Below, piece after piece: positions 1-10,221 of a stretch of 64,000 nucleotides of DNA (the stretch's first letter is position 1; each line of letters begins with the position of its first letter). The position numbers were made by a program, and so were the translations under genes. The notes below the pieces were generated by a model. It was not told the origin of the DNA. It ran no database searches and worked only from the letters and a program-made list of their open reading frames with translations. The stretch covers positions 288,001 through 352,000 of the forward strand of contig WJMJ01000059.1 in the NCBI GenBank assembly GCA_014728035.1, read 5' to 3'. The stretch comes from Promethearchaeota archaeon. GTDB taxonomy: Archaea > Asgardarchaeota > Thorarchaeia > Thorarchaeales > Thorarchaeaceae.

Positions 1-2
1 CA

Positions 3-779
3 ACTGTTGCCTTTACAATTGACAACAAGTTGATCATGCGTGGACCTGGCGGTGGTGGTGGTGGAAACTCAGAACCCACTCCTCCTCCTATCGAGTACTA
101 CACTGATTCAGGCCAAGACAAATGGGCCATACTAATTGGAATCTCAGACTATGAAGGTAGATCTTCGGATCTATGGAATCCGCACAATGATGCACTTGAA
201 ATGAAAGAGATTCTTGCTGCTTATGGTTATAATTATGCTATCGCTCTTGATGGTGCTGGCACAAAGGATAACATCATAATGCTTCTCGACTGGCTCATTG
301 CTAATGAAGGACCTAACTCCGAGGTAGTGTTCTTCTACTCTGGTCATGGTGCCAGAACCCAAGATGGTAGCTGGGATACTGATATAGAGGCCGATGGATA
401 TGACGAGTGCATTGTTTCTTGGGACAGTTACGCAGTAACTGATTCCTACATGGCTAGCCGCTTCAATGAGATCGAATCAAATCATTTTGCTGCAATATAT
501 TGCAGCTGTCACAGTGGTGGAATGTTTGATCTTGCATCAGAAACCCGTGATGGTGCTCTGTACATTGGAGCAGCTGAGGCTGACCAATACGGTTGGGACT
601 ATCTTGATTTGGAGAACACTCTATTCTTCTACTGGTTTGGTGATCAGGGTATCATCAATGGACCCTATAACAACCTCCAAGATGCTTTTGACTATGCACG
701 ACCTATTGTGATTGCTGAGCAACCAGACAGTTGTCCGATTATGCTTGACAATCTAGGCGTTCCATTCTATGTGAAGTAA
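3..779 (+). CDS. Caspase/metacaspase-family (peptidase C14) protein, 5'-truncated by the window edge
   Basis: KWAILIGISDY, NDA, FFYSGHG (catalytic His) and CSCHSGG (catalytic Cys). The frame is open back to base 3, with a Gly/Pro-rich linker before the domain. Confidence 0.85.
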   Translation, partial: TVAFTIDNKLIMRGPGGGGGGNSEPTPPPIEYYTDSGQDKWAILIGISDYEGRSSDLWNPHNDALEMKEILAAYGYNYAIALDGAGTKDNIIMLLDWLIANEGPNSEVVFFYSGHGARTQDGSWDTDIEADGYDECIVSWDSYAVTDSYMASRFNEIESNHFAAIYCSCHSGGMFDLASETRDGALYIGAAEADQYGWDYLDLENTLFFYWFGDQGIINGPYNNLQDAFDYARPIVIAEQPDSCPIMLDNLGVPFYVK

Positions 780-859
780 GGGGAATCCCCCCTCTTCCTC
801 TTTTTTTGTAACACCACGTAATTACTGGTAATTATATGTTCTAGTGCATACATTATGGT

Positions 860-1315
860 ATGCCTATTGAAGATGTCTTACTTGGTCTCGGAATTGGTTT
901 ACTTCTTACTGTGTTCGTATATCTAATAATGCGTATGCGTCTCCGTCATAGAATTTCTATGGTTGAGAAAGAATTTCAAAAACTCTGGGCTGAGCAAGAG
1001 TCAGATATTCGTAAGGATGCAAGTAAAAGAAGTAGGCATGTATTGAAGGGAAAAATTGCTGAGCATATGGTGCCCCTCTTCCGTGATGTCTTCAAATATG
1101 AACCATCAGATGCTAGATTTATTGGTGCTCCAATTGATTATCTCATCTTTGATGGCTATACCCGTATAAAAGATGCTGGGTCTGAAGATGAAATCACTGT
1201 AGTATTAGCTGACATCAAAACCGGGTCTGCAAGGTTGAATAAGACTGAACGACGTATAAAAGAAGCAGTCGAGGCTGGGCGAGTGAAGTGGGAAACCATC
1301 CGTGTAGAGTTCTGA
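860..1315 (+). CDS. Membrane-anchored Holliday-junction-resolvase-like endonuclease (Endonuc_Holl type)
   Basis: N-terminal TM helix; SR.VLKGKIAEH, DARFIGAPIDYLIFDG and DIKTG PD-(D/E)XK-like motifs. Confidence 0.8.
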   Translation: MPIEDVLLGLGIGLLLTVFVYLIMRMRLRHRISMVEKEFQKLWAEQESDIRKDASKRSRHVLKGKIAEHMVPLFRDVFKYEPSDARFIGAPIDYLIFDGYTRIKDAGSEDEITVVLADIKTGSARLNKTERRIKEAVEAGRVKWETIRVEF

Positions 1316-1396
1316 ACGACAATCTTGCTCAGATAATTAGGTAGTTATTAAGCTAGGAGTGTTGTCCATTATATGAAAATTTGCGGATGAATTTCC

Positions 1397-1900
1397 ATGA
1401 AAAAAGAAGAGTATTCTAAAGATACAATTGAGATTTCCTATTTTGATTTTCTGAAAGAGGTCTATTCTGGTAGAATTGAGCTGATACGTGAAATGGAACG
1501 TGTTTTCGGAAAAGATGCAGTACACAATACCATAGAGAGATACTACGAGCAAAGATCTGTTTCTAGCAGTTCGAAAATGATGGAACAGGAAGAACCAATC
1601 TCCACAATTGAAGATTTTCGAACATTTTTACTAAAGATTGATGAACGGCCATTTATGCAAAAAACAATGATTACTGAACATCCTGAATCGGATGGCAAAA
1701 CCGTACATAGAGTGGTCAAACAATGCATGTGGGCCGATGTGTTCAAGGAACTCGATGCTTCCGACATTGGTGATATAATGCTCTGTAAGACTGATTTTGC
1801 AACGGCGAGTGTATTCCATCCAAATGTAAAACTAACTAGATCGAAGACTCTCATGGCTGGTGACGATTGCTGTGATTTCATCTATTCATGGGAAGAATAA
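1397..1900 (+). CDS. L-2-amino-thiazoline-4-carboxylic acid hydrolase family protein
   Basis: C.WA.VF, LCKTDF and LTRSKTLMAGDDCCDF signature. Confidence 0.75.
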   Translation: MKKEEYSKDTIEISYFDFLKEVYSGRIELIREMERVFGKDAVHNTIERYYEQRSVSSSSKMMEQEEPISTIEDFRTFLLKIDERPFMQKTMITEHPESDGKTVHRVVKQCMWADVFKELDASDIGDIMLCKTDFATASVFHPNVKLTRSKTLMAGDDCCDFIYSWEE

Positions 1901-2236
1901 CTAAGCTGCAAAACATGGTTTGAATACTGACCTAGTTACAGCATCAGTAATTGTGGCATCACTGGGAATTCCGTGTAGTTCTGTATCACAGATTTGAGTT
2001 GTGGGCAGCAGAGTTATTCTAGATAATTCTTCACTGTTCAACTCATCTAATCGCACTTTTCTTATCATATATGGAGATAATCCAAACTGTTTGAGTATTT
2101 CTTCGACTTTTTTAACAACTAATTCGCAGAATAGACAATTCTGACTTGTGTAAAGGGTTATGCAACTCTCTCTTTTACAAGGTATAGAATCGGCGGTTCT
2201 ACATAATGTGGCGGCTTTCAGCACTAACCTCTCCAT
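1901..2236 (-). CDS. Thioredoxin/glutaredoxin-fold protein
   Basis: ITLYTSQNCLFC CxxC motif and LPT cis-Pro motif. Confidence 0.65.
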   Translation of the reverse strand: MERLVLKAATLCRTADSIPCKRESCITLYTSQNCLFCELVVKKVEEILKQFGLSPYMIRKVRLDELNSEELSRITLLPTTQICDTELHGIPSDATITDAVTRSVFKPCFAA

Positions 2237-2354
2237 TATTATTATATGAAAAACAGAATAATAAACTTCTAGTGTATTTATTCTCTTTTCAACTTACAGT
2301 AGACTTTTCTTTGTAGACTCGATTCAAATTTCAACAAACAGCATATATGAGGTA

Positions 2355-3545
2355 TTGTTGGTGTCAGAAGTCTATTCTAGAATCCCTAAGAAAGAGATTG
2401 AAAATCGGATACAAAAATTATCAACCAAACTGCATGAGAACAATCTTGATGCAGCATTACTTCTATCAATTCAAGAGATTTACTATTATTCGGGTGTTGG
2501 CTTGAATGGGGCAGTATATGTGACTTCTGACGGAAATGCAACATATTTAGTAAAACGTAATCTTGAGCTGGCAAAGGCATATTCGCCCTTGGACGATATT
2601 CGTGAATATGGTCGTCAATCAGCATTATTCCAAAATCTCAAGGCAGAGGACGATTCTCGTATTGGTGTTGAAGAAGACATTGTTTCTTATTCGTTCCTTT
2701 CATATTTGAAAACGAAAGCATCACCAAGTGAACTTGTGGATGCCTCGAACATCTTTCGTACCATTAGATCCATCAAGTCAAAGTTTGAAGTCCAACAGAT
2801 AGAGACTGCTGCTGGTATAATCGATGAGATGATGACTTACTGCACTGAGGTCGCAACACCCGATATGACCGAGATTGACCTTGTATCTCGTTTAGATAGC
2901 TGGCTTTTGGAACACAATCATGCTGGTAACATAACTACCCGTGGTTTCAATACTGGAATGCTCCATTATTCCTATGTGGTATCGAGTGATACCTCAAGTC
3001 TCAACAGTTTCTTCACACCAGTATCAGGTCAAGGTTTATCTCTCAAGTATCCATACGGCCCTACTAGAAGAAAACTGGGCAGAAACAAACCGTTCATTGT
3101 TGATGCCTGTGGAAATTGTAATGGGTATGTTTCTGATACTACACGTACGTTCGTCTGTGGGACATTCGATTCACAACATTTAGAATATCTTGCTGCTTTG
3201 ACGGAAATCAAAGAGTATCTTTCAAAAGAACTTGTTTCTGGTCGAAATTTGGGGGTGTTATTCTCAGATGTATGGAAGCTTGCTAATGAGCTTGAAGTTG
3301 CTGAGATGTTTATGGGTGAACCAAATAACCATGTTGCCTTTATTGGTCATGGTGTCGGTCTAGAATTGGACGAACCTCCTATTCTTTATGCTCGTGGACC
3401 TGATTTAGAAGCGGGCCATATTATTGCTTGTGAACCTAAACTTGTAATCCCTACGCAACTTGTTTTGGGAATTGAAGATACCTTTCATATCACTAGTTCA
3501 AAACCGGAGATTCTAACCCATGCTACAGAATACTTTGAAATCTAG
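2355..3545 (+). CDS. Xaa-Pro aminopeptidase/dipeptidase (M24B)
   Basis: Creatinase N-domain, R.IKS.FE, GYVSDTTRT, GHGVGLELDE, EP and GIED metal-ligand motifs. Confidence 0.9.
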   Translation: MLVSEVYSRIPKKEIENRIQKLSTKLHENNLDAALLLSIQEIYYYSGVGLNGAVYVTSDGNATYLVKRNLELAKAYSPLDDIREYGRQSALFQNLKAEDDSRIGVEEDIVSYSFLSYLKTKASPSELVDASNIFRTIRSIKSKFEVQQIETAAGIIDEMMTYCTEVATPDMTEIDLVSRLDSWLLEHNHAGNITTRGFNTGMLHYSYVVSSDTSSLNSFFTPVSGQGLSLKYPYGPTRRKLGRNKPFIVDACGNCNGYVSDTTRTFVCGTFDSQHLEYLAALTEIKEYLSKELVSGRNLGVLFSDVWKLANELEVAEMFMGEPNNHVAFIGHGVGLELDEPPILYARGPDLEAGHIIACEPKLVIPTQLVLGIEDTFHITSSKPEILTHATEYFEI

Positions 3546-3704
3546 CAGGAATCAAAAATTTCTCTCATCGGTTTTAAAACTATTCAATAGAATCTTCATT
3601 TCATTTTCCACAATTTTCCTCATAAAAGACTAGAACCAAACCAAACAACCTTATATCTCTCGTTACGGCATAAACTTAGGCATCTCAGCCAGGAGAATTT
3701 CCCA

Positions 3705-4307
3705 GTGACTGAGACAACTAAATTTCTACTTGAAATAAAAAAATCGAAGCGTCTCATACGTGTAACAATAGTTGGTGAAGGAGCTGTTGGGAAAACTACC
3801 ATTGTCACATCAATTTTAAACTCAACAAAAGCTCATGAGCATTCGACATCTACAATATCAACAATTGAAAAGACAAATCGTACCCCATTTATGATTATTG
3901 AAACCTGGAAACAAGATGGGCTTACAGTTCAATGTTTTGATTTGGCAGGTCAAAGGAAAACACCCGGTGCTCATCCCTTGGATATTCTAAAAGACCAAGT
4001 TCTAAAGATGATTGATATTGTCATCCTCGTATTTGCTCTGGATAGATATGAATCGTTTGAAAATATCTACAAGTGGATGCAACTGATGGGTTTTGAAGAC
4101 GGCCCTCCCGAAGAGGGACCATTATTCATTCTTGTCGGAAATAAATGTGATTTAGAACAAAATGTTTCTAGAGATCTTGTCACACCTCTTGTTGGTCCAG
4201 ATAAGATGTTTGAAACTTATATAGAAACATCCGCTACCGAGAATATTGGGATAAAGAAATTATTAGAGGAAATCGCCCGGATAGGAAATGATGTTCTTGG
4301 CTCATGA
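3705..4307 (+). CDS. Ras-superfamily small GTPase
   Basis: G1 GEGAVGKT, G3 DLAGQ, G4 NKCD, G5 ETSA. Confidence 0.9.
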   Translation: MTETTKFLLEIKKSKRLIRVTIVGEGAVGKTTIVTSILNSTKAHEHSTSTISTIEKTNRTPFMIIETWKQDGLTVQCFDLAGQRKTPGAHPLDILKDQVLKMIDIVILVFALDRYESFENIYKWMQLMGFEDGPPEEGPLFILVGNKCDLEQNVSRDLVTPLVGPDKMFETYIETSATENIGIKKLLEEIARIGNDVLGS

Positions 4308-4344
4308 TTCCACTAAATGAATACAATCTTCAAAGGGAACGAAT

Positions 4345-6564
4345 ATGACCGAATTCAAATGTAAGATATGTAATCAAGATATCTCCTTTGACTTGGATGA
4401 TTCTAGCACGTATTTGTCAAAAACTGAATCTGGAAATCCTCTTATTGGAAAGCTATACACTGTACGCGTCGGCCATAGGGGTGGAGTAAATGTACTGCAT
4501 ATCAATGTGGTCGTTGTGGATGAGAATGGTGAATATCGTGCTCACAAGGATAGTTATGAAGAGAGCGAGTCAGCTGATGATACATCTTCTTTTGAAAGAG
4601 TGAGTCAAAAGTTCCCCTCCGAAATTAAGCCTTTTTTGGATCTTGCCAGTGAATCAGATAGGACGATTATATCTGCTATATCTCAGCCAATGGATTGTAC
4701 TGCAGATGGATGGACTCGGACAATCTCTCAATTATACGAATTAGACACATCCAGTCGTCTGTTCGAATTTCTTCTAGCAAAGTGGAACTTCATTGTAGGA
4801 AATGGTTCAGAGATTCCTGAGGGTGCAGCTCGTTCAGAATCTTGGGGATATCCTTTGTATCTTCGATTTCGTTGTCGTGTATCTGGTTCTCCTGAATTGC
4901 TTGAATTGACAAAAGAATTACATTTTGATTCATACCCCCCTCTCATTCAATTTGAGGTGGCGATGGCAAAGGCTGAAAACTTTCTACGCATGGCGGCTTT
5001 CGAACATCTTGATGAGCTTTATGAGTTTGTTCAGAAAAATTGGGGCGATACAGATCTTGTACAAGAGAAAATTGCGCTTCTGGTCATCCAATCATATTGG
5101 GGATTCAGTCAATATCGAAAAGGCGAAGTAGCAAAAGCTCTTGGATTGATTGAACCAGCTTTTAGTTTTGGACAGATTATTAATAATAGAGAAATTATTG
5201 CTGTTGTAGGTACTCTATATGCCAATGTTCTTCGTGCTAGAGGAGACCTTTCTACTGCTCTCAATGTATATGAAGTGGCACTAAATACTATGGAGGAACT
5301 TGGTGATGAAAGAGGGAAAGTAATTCTCTCTATCAACATGAGTATTGTAGAATACAAGCAGGGGAAATTCGAGCAATCACTCCAACGTCAAAAAGACACA
5401 CTGAATTCTTTGGTAGCACAAAGAGAATTCCTAATTCGGAACACAATTCTGAATAATATGGCTGAAAATTTGCTAGCTCTCGAACGATATGAAGAATCTC
5501 AAAAGATTGCTCAAGATGTGTTATCCGAAGAAAACATTCCTGTTGATTTGAGAATGGCTCTTCTTGCAAACCTGAAATTAATCGCTGGAAAGACCGAGTC
5601 TCTGGACCTATTAAATTGGATAAAATGCAATCTCCCCGATAATGAATATATGGCTTCGCCCCGTGGACAAATATTTCAATATGATCTGGATGCTATTGAT
5701 GCGGAATTACATCAGAATTGGGAGTTAATGATTAGCCTTCTCAAAAAACAATTAGACATTATGACTGAAAACAAACTAACTGAAGAAGCAAATGACATTG
5801 AATTACGAATTGCGGAAGGTTACTTCACAAAATTTCAAGAAACAAAGGATATGCAGTATCTTAACGAAGCGTACAAACATCTTGATATGGCTAAGATATT
5901 AGCTCTAGAGTCGCAATATTATTCTGATCTATGCAGACTCGCAATAATAAAGGGGTTACTTGCCATTCAAGCTGAACTCTCGGAAAGAGCTAGAGCTCAC
6001 TTTGAAGATGCCCTTTCTATTGCAAGGTCAAATGAATTGTACAGTCTGGAATCTCAGGTCATTAAACATCTTGACCAACTGGAACAGGGTCAACTGGAAG
6101 AAGAATCCACCTCCACACTGCGAAGTTTATTCCAGCGTCTTACTTTTCGGCGTGCGGAAGAGAGGAAGAAGTGGAGACCCAGTAATGTATATGCTATATG
6201 GATAAGCAAGAGGGATGAGGCTTGGGAAATTCTTTTGCAGAATGAAGAGATAGGAAATTCTGATTACACAAATTATTTACTTGGGCTAGTAGATTTGTGG
6301 GATAAAATTGGTCATCATACAGAGCAAGATGCTGTTGATTCATTTCAAGGTAGTAGAGGATTTGTGATTATCGAAAGCTCTTCCGAGTATGATGTAATAG
6401 TCCTTTCAGACCAGATTGATTACATTCTCCGCGCCAGTATGCAGGATGTGATCGAAGAGATTGAATCTTTTCCTCTGAATCATATTGATGAGGAACTAAC
6501 AGCAAAGACACTTGCAACTATTGAAAGTAGAATTGGCAAATTTGAACGACTTTCACTTCTCTAA
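4345..6564 (+). CDS. TPR-repeat protein with N-terminal Zn-ribbon-like domain
   Basis: CKIC...H...H N-terminus; helical repeats such as RGDLSTALNVYEVAL and QGKFEQSLQ. Confidence 0.75.
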   Translation: MTEFKCKICNQDISFDLDDSSTYLSKTESGNPLIGKLYTVRVGHRGGVNVLHINVVVVDENGEYRAHKDSYEESESADDTSSFERVSQKFPSEIKPFLDLASESDRTIISAISQPMDCTADGWTRTISQLYELDTSSRLFEFLLAKWNFIVGNGSEIPEGAARSESWGYPLYLRFRCRVSGSPELLELTKELHFDSYPPLIQFEVAMAKAENFLRMAAFEHLDELYEFVQKNWGDTDLVQEKIALLVIQSYWGFSQYRKGEVAKALGLIEPAFSFGQIINNREIIAVVGTLYANVLRARGDLSTALNVYEVALNTMEELGDERGKVILSINMSIVEYKQGKFEQSLQRQKDTLNSLVAQREFLIRNTILNNMAENLLALERYEESQKIAQDVLSEENIPVDLRMALLANLKLIAGKTESLDLLNWIKCNLPDNEYMASPRGQIFQYDLDAIDAELHQNWELMISLLKKQLDIMTENKLTEEANDIELRIAEGYFTKFQETKDMQYLNEAYKHLDMAKILALESQYYSDLCRLAIIKGLLAIQAELSERARAHFEDALSIARSNELYSLESQVIKHLDQLEQGQLEEESTSTLRSLFQRLTFRRAEERKKWRPSNVYAIWISKRDEAWEILLQNEEIGNSDYTNYLLGLVDLWDKIGHHTEQDAVDSFQGSRGFVIIESSSEYDVIVLSDQIDYILRASMQDVIEEIESFPLNHIDEELTAKTLATIESRIGKFERLSLL

Positions 6565-6573
6565 TTACTTTCA

Positions 6574-7038
6574 TTACTCTTCAGGAATCTTTTCACGAAG
6601 TGTACGCCCCATCTGTCTGGCTCTTTCAGTTTCTCCCTCAATTAGGGGGCCTTTTCTTCCACTGACTTTGAAAGAAACACCATCTATGACTAGCGTAATC
6701 CCTGGAATTTTTTCCTTGATTGTCTTCTCAAGTTTCTTTGTTGCAATTCCTTCGTTTCCACCTGTATAGGTGTCGAATACAGCACCAAACTTGTTTTCAA
6801 GGCCGACAATTGATACTCTATCGATGTACTTCATTATGTTCAATGTTGGAGCTTGATTGTGGTTTGGTGAGCCAAAGAGAATGATGTCATAATCACACAG
6901 CTTGTCTGTGTGGATACCACCTGGATTTGCAAGTCTGACTTCGATATTTCCACTTTCTCTCAATCCATCTCGTATCTCTTCTGCAATCTGTCTAGTATTT
7001 CCGTATAGACTCTCATAAATAATCGCGACACGTTTCAT
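6574..7038 (-). CDS. Flavodoxin-domain protein
   Basis: IIYESLYGNT FMN-binding loop and GSP motif; start moved to MKRVAII. Confidence 0.85.
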   Translation of the reverse strand: MKRVAIIYESLYGNTRQIAEEIRDGLRESGNIEVRLANPGGIHTDKLCDYDIILFGSPNHNQAPTLNIMKYIDRVSIVGLENKFGAVFDTYTGGNEGIATKKLEKTIKEKIPGITLVIDGVSFKVSGRKGPLIEGETERARQMGRTLREKIPEE

Positions 7039-7229
7039 AAGATGAATTTGTATTCTCCTCTTATTTGCATTCCCCACTCGCAACTGGACTTGTGAAAATA
7101 AGTGATTCGTATGTTTGCATATGAAACATAATAGATATGCTATTAGCATAATTGTTCGTAAAAAACTGCGGACATCTGCATAGTGCTCAAAAGCGCCACA
7201 AAGTAGGTGAATCATTCGTTCTCGATCAT

Positions 7230-7712
7230 ATGACTGAGGTCTATGCTTATCTCGGAGATTTTAAGATGGCCCGAGACTGTTTTCTGGAGAGTATTGAGAT
7301 TAATGAACCAATTGGTCTTGAACCTGCAGATGTGTTATCCAGCTTATCTCGATTCTATGTGGGAATTGGAGATGGGGATTCAGTTTTGAAATATTCTACT
7401 CAAGCTATTGATTCTTTTCAGAGAATGAAGACTAAACATCCCATGGTATATTTTGATATGGCACGGGCACTTATTCTGAAAAAAAGATTTTGAAAAGGTA
7501 TTTGATTTTCTTGAAACCGGTACTGAGCTAACGTTCAAAATCAGATATTGGCGGATAAAGACACATATGAGGCACGAGTTCTCTTACGTCGCTTCATTGA
7601 TGAGTTTCAGAGTCTGATTGGCAATGCGTATGAGGATTGGTCCAGAGAGCAATCTAGTCTTCCTGTTATTGAAGAAATCTATCAACGGATTCTTACAAGT
7701 AGAGATCTTTGA
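7230..7712 (+). pseudogene. Degraded TPR-protein gene fragment
   Basis: TPR-like text (YAYLGDFKMARDCFLESIEI) stops after an A7 run at 7479-7485. It continues in another frame as KDFEKVFDFLETGTELTFK, then in the original frame to TGA at 7710-7712. Confidence 0.55.
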
Positions 7713-8240
7713 TTAACTCCACATATGCTTTGGATCGAATGGGTCTGCTGGGCTTAGCTCTTCGTCTCTATCTAAACCACCCATGTCATTCAAACGTAGC
7801 ACTGTAATTGGCTTTGTACCTGACAATAGTCTAGATTCTTTTGTCAAAAACATAAGCATGTGAGGGTGGTCTTCAAGAAATTCCCTGATCTGCTTGTCAA
7901 AATCTATCTTGATTATCAAGAATGAATATTCTGGAGTCAATGTTTCTGAATACCTTTTCATCCTATAGATATCTTGTAGCTGAGGTGCTTCATCAAGAAT
8001 TTCTACAAGTACTAGTCTAGCAGATGCAGAGGATAGTGGCTTCTGAATTTTAGCAAGTCCTACCATGTCAGGAAGACGTTCCCATGATTCGATTATTCTT
8101 GTGGCGTCATCTCCCACTTTATCCTTAACCACTTGGATAATTTCTTCTGATGCAATATATGTAGTGCATTCTCCTACTTGGCTGAAACATGTTTCTAGTT
8201 CAGTCCCAATTTGTTCCAGTTCCTTCGAGTCGGCGTTCAC
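7713..8240 (-). CDS. Hypothetical protein
   Basis: 175-aa ORF with normal composition and an upstream GAGGA SD-like sequence. Confidence 0.65.
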   Translation of the reverse strand: MNADSKELEQIGTELETCFSQVGECTTYIASEEIIQVVKDKVGDDATRIIESWERLPDMVGLAKIQKPLSSASARLVLVEILDEAPQLQDIYRMKRYSETLTPEYSFLIIKIDFDKQIREFLEDHPHMLMFLTKESRLLSGTKPITVLRLNDMGGLDRDEELSPADPFDPKHMWS

Positions 8241-8300
8241 GTGAATATCCTCATTAAATACTGTTTTTGAAATGATAAAAGGTCTATCGTTATCACTATT

Positions 8301-9122
8301 TCACGGTTTGAATCCCGTAACACCTAGTGTGTCATTTTTTCGTTGCACACGTTGAAATCCTACTTTGCGAAGTCTTGTCATTATGCCTTTTGGTAAATCT
8401 TTTTTCTTGTATCGAGATCCTGGAGAACCTACGTAATGATAAAGGACGCCTTTTGGTTTCATAACTCGATATAATTCTTCATAGAAGTCTTCTGTGTATA
8501 GCTCAGGTCCTAAAGTGAATCTGGGCGGGTCATGAAGTACTCCATTGAATCTCTTGTTCGAGAACATTTTGATTTTTTCTGAAGCATCTCCTATTATCAT
8601 CTCTACTCTTTCATCTTCAAATAGCCTTTGAGACCATGGATTAATTCTTGCTAATTCAATCACATCAGAATCTCTTTCGATTGTAGTTATGGTTGAAACA
8701 GCATTATCAAGACAGGCAATAGTTGAATACCCAAGACCTGTACAAATTTCAAGCATCTCCGAACCTTTTCTTGCACATAATTTAGCTTTCATTCTTGCAT
8801 CTTTCATCGGATCAATATCCTTTATCCGATGCATAAGAACACCATCTATCAACAAAGCTGGTGCTTTATTCTTTCCAGCTGGCATCAGTTTATAGAAACT
8901 CTTTCCCCGTATTGCTGCTTTGAACACGCCTTCCTCATTTATGAAGTAAACAGTATCGGGATCTTCAACAATTTTTCGCAACTTCGAAATATCCCATTTG
9001 TACTCTGCCAATCTAATTATGGACTCTGACAAACCTAAATCTATTGATATTTCTATTTCATTTTCTCCTCTTTTCAAACTTTGAAGGATAGTCTCTGCGG
9101 TATAAGAATCTAGGAATATCAT
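8301..9122 (-). CDS. Predicted archaeal SAM-dependent methyltransferase (spermidine synthase/MnmC-like fold)
   Basis: LEICTGLGYS motif I, TIE, GDA, HDPPRF and LY.EDFY; start uncertain (9122 or 9155). Confidence 0.8.
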   Translation of the reverse strand: MIFLDSYTAETILQSLKRGENEIEISIDLGLSESIIRLAEYKWDISKLRKIVEDPDTVYFINEEGVFKAAIRGKSFYKLMPAGKNKAPALLIDGVLMHRIKDIDPMKDARMKAKLCARKGSEMLEICTGLGYSTIACLDNAVSTITTIERDSDVIELARINPWSQRLFEDERVEMIIGDASEKIKMFSNKRFNGVLHDPPRFTLGPELYTEDFYEELYRVMKPKGVLYHYVGSPGSRYKKKDLPKGIMTRLRKVGFQRVQRKNDTLGVTGFKP

Positions 9123-9238
9123 GGGAACACAAATTGACAAAAATATCTCGCTCATTAAATCTTCGCAAAGAGCACTAGTACCACATTTTCAATGTAGTTA
9201 TATCTTGGATTTGTTTTTACATTCCAACGTGAACTAAT

Positions 9239-9634
9239 ATGGACCGTCCACAATACCATAGAATCATGTATCTAATTGCCGCTATTTGGAATTGGATTCT
9301 GGCTGTATCATTTCTAATATTACCTCGCATCAATATCAATAATTTCTACATTGCAGGAGATACAATTCCTCCAACACTTATCTGGTTTGACTGTTTCATG
9401 GGATTGGTTTTTGCCTTTGGAATTGGTTTCTACTTTGTTAGTCAAAGTGTATCTGATAACCATGGCTTAATTCAAGTAGCCGCGTTTGAGAAGACCTGGG
9501 TTTTTATCATCGGGCTGTACTACTTTCTACTTGCTCAGGCGTCAATATGGGTCTTGATTGTTGTTGTAGGTGATCTAATCTTTGGATTTCTTTTCATTGA
9601 GGATTTGTTTGCGATTAGAAAACTATCAACTTGA
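9239..9634 (+). CDS. Small integral membrane protein (about 4 TM)
   Basis: Hydrophobic segments; EK and D conserved-looking polar residues. Confidence 0.7.
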   Translation: MDRPQYHRIMYLIAAIWNWILAVSFLILPRININNFYIAGDTIPPTLIWFDCFMGLVFAFGIGFYFVSQSVSDNHGLIQVAAFEKTWVFIIGLYYFLLAQASIWVLIVVVGDLIFGFLFIEDLFAIRKLST

Positions 9635-9798
9635 TGAAACCACATACTGTACCTGTTCAATGACACAGATGCACTTGGGGAGAATTGGAAATATGACTCC
9701 CTAATTTAGAATGATTATAAGTTACCTCTGGTGATTCACCTAGCCACAAGATTATTCACCTTGAAGGTATACTGTTATGTAATTCAGGAGAATTAGAT

Positions 9799-10164
9799 AT
9801 GGTAGACTATCGACGACTTGGTATTTCCATTGTGCTTGGCGCAGTGCTTGGTGTTCTATGTATTATTGGAGTTGGTTCAAGACTCCCTGGTGGGATTATT
9901 CCGAATATCATTTTTCTGATAGGAATGTGGTATAATCGGGTGGTTATGGGACTTGTCATTGGTTTAGCAGATGACGTTATGATCCTCAAAGGAAAGGAAA
10001 AGAGCAATATTCCAAATGCTGTAATTCGGGGCCTATTATTTGGAATTCTTATTTCAAGTGCAATATTTCTATCCACAGAATTTCGTGATTTGCCTGGACT
10101 ATTTGCAGGTTTTGCATATGGAGTCATAATTGATGCTATTGCTACTAAGGTACAGACATCTTAG
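9799..10164 (+). CDS. Small integral membrane protein (about 4 TM)
   Basis: Gly-rich hydrophobic helices, WYNRVVMGLVIG, and AGGAG SD. Confidence 0.7.
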   Translation: MVDYRRLGISIVLGAVLGVLCIIGVGSRLPGGIIPNIIFLIGMWYNRVVMGLVIGLADDVMILKGKEKSNIPNAVIRGLLFGILISSAIFLSTEFRDLPGLFAGFAYGVIIDAIATKVQTS

Positions 10165-10221
10165 ATAGAAACAAAGCTCTTTGATCTCATCATTGAGCTT
10201 GTATCTTTTTATTACGATAAA

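Noticed and set aside
860-1315. Resolvase-like nuclease as a sign of a provirus or mobile element
   Set aside because: No integrase, capsid, transposase or att repeats are nearby, and this family is commonly chromosomal in archaea.
1901-1915. C-terminal CFAA (CaaX-like) on the thioredoxin-like protein, with CPBP and ICMT-like genes in the window suggesting a CaaX pathway
   Set aside because: No prenyltransferase is seen, the genes are tens of kb apart, CPBP and ICMT/PEMT families are widespread in prokaryotes, and none of the three GTPases has a CaaX box.
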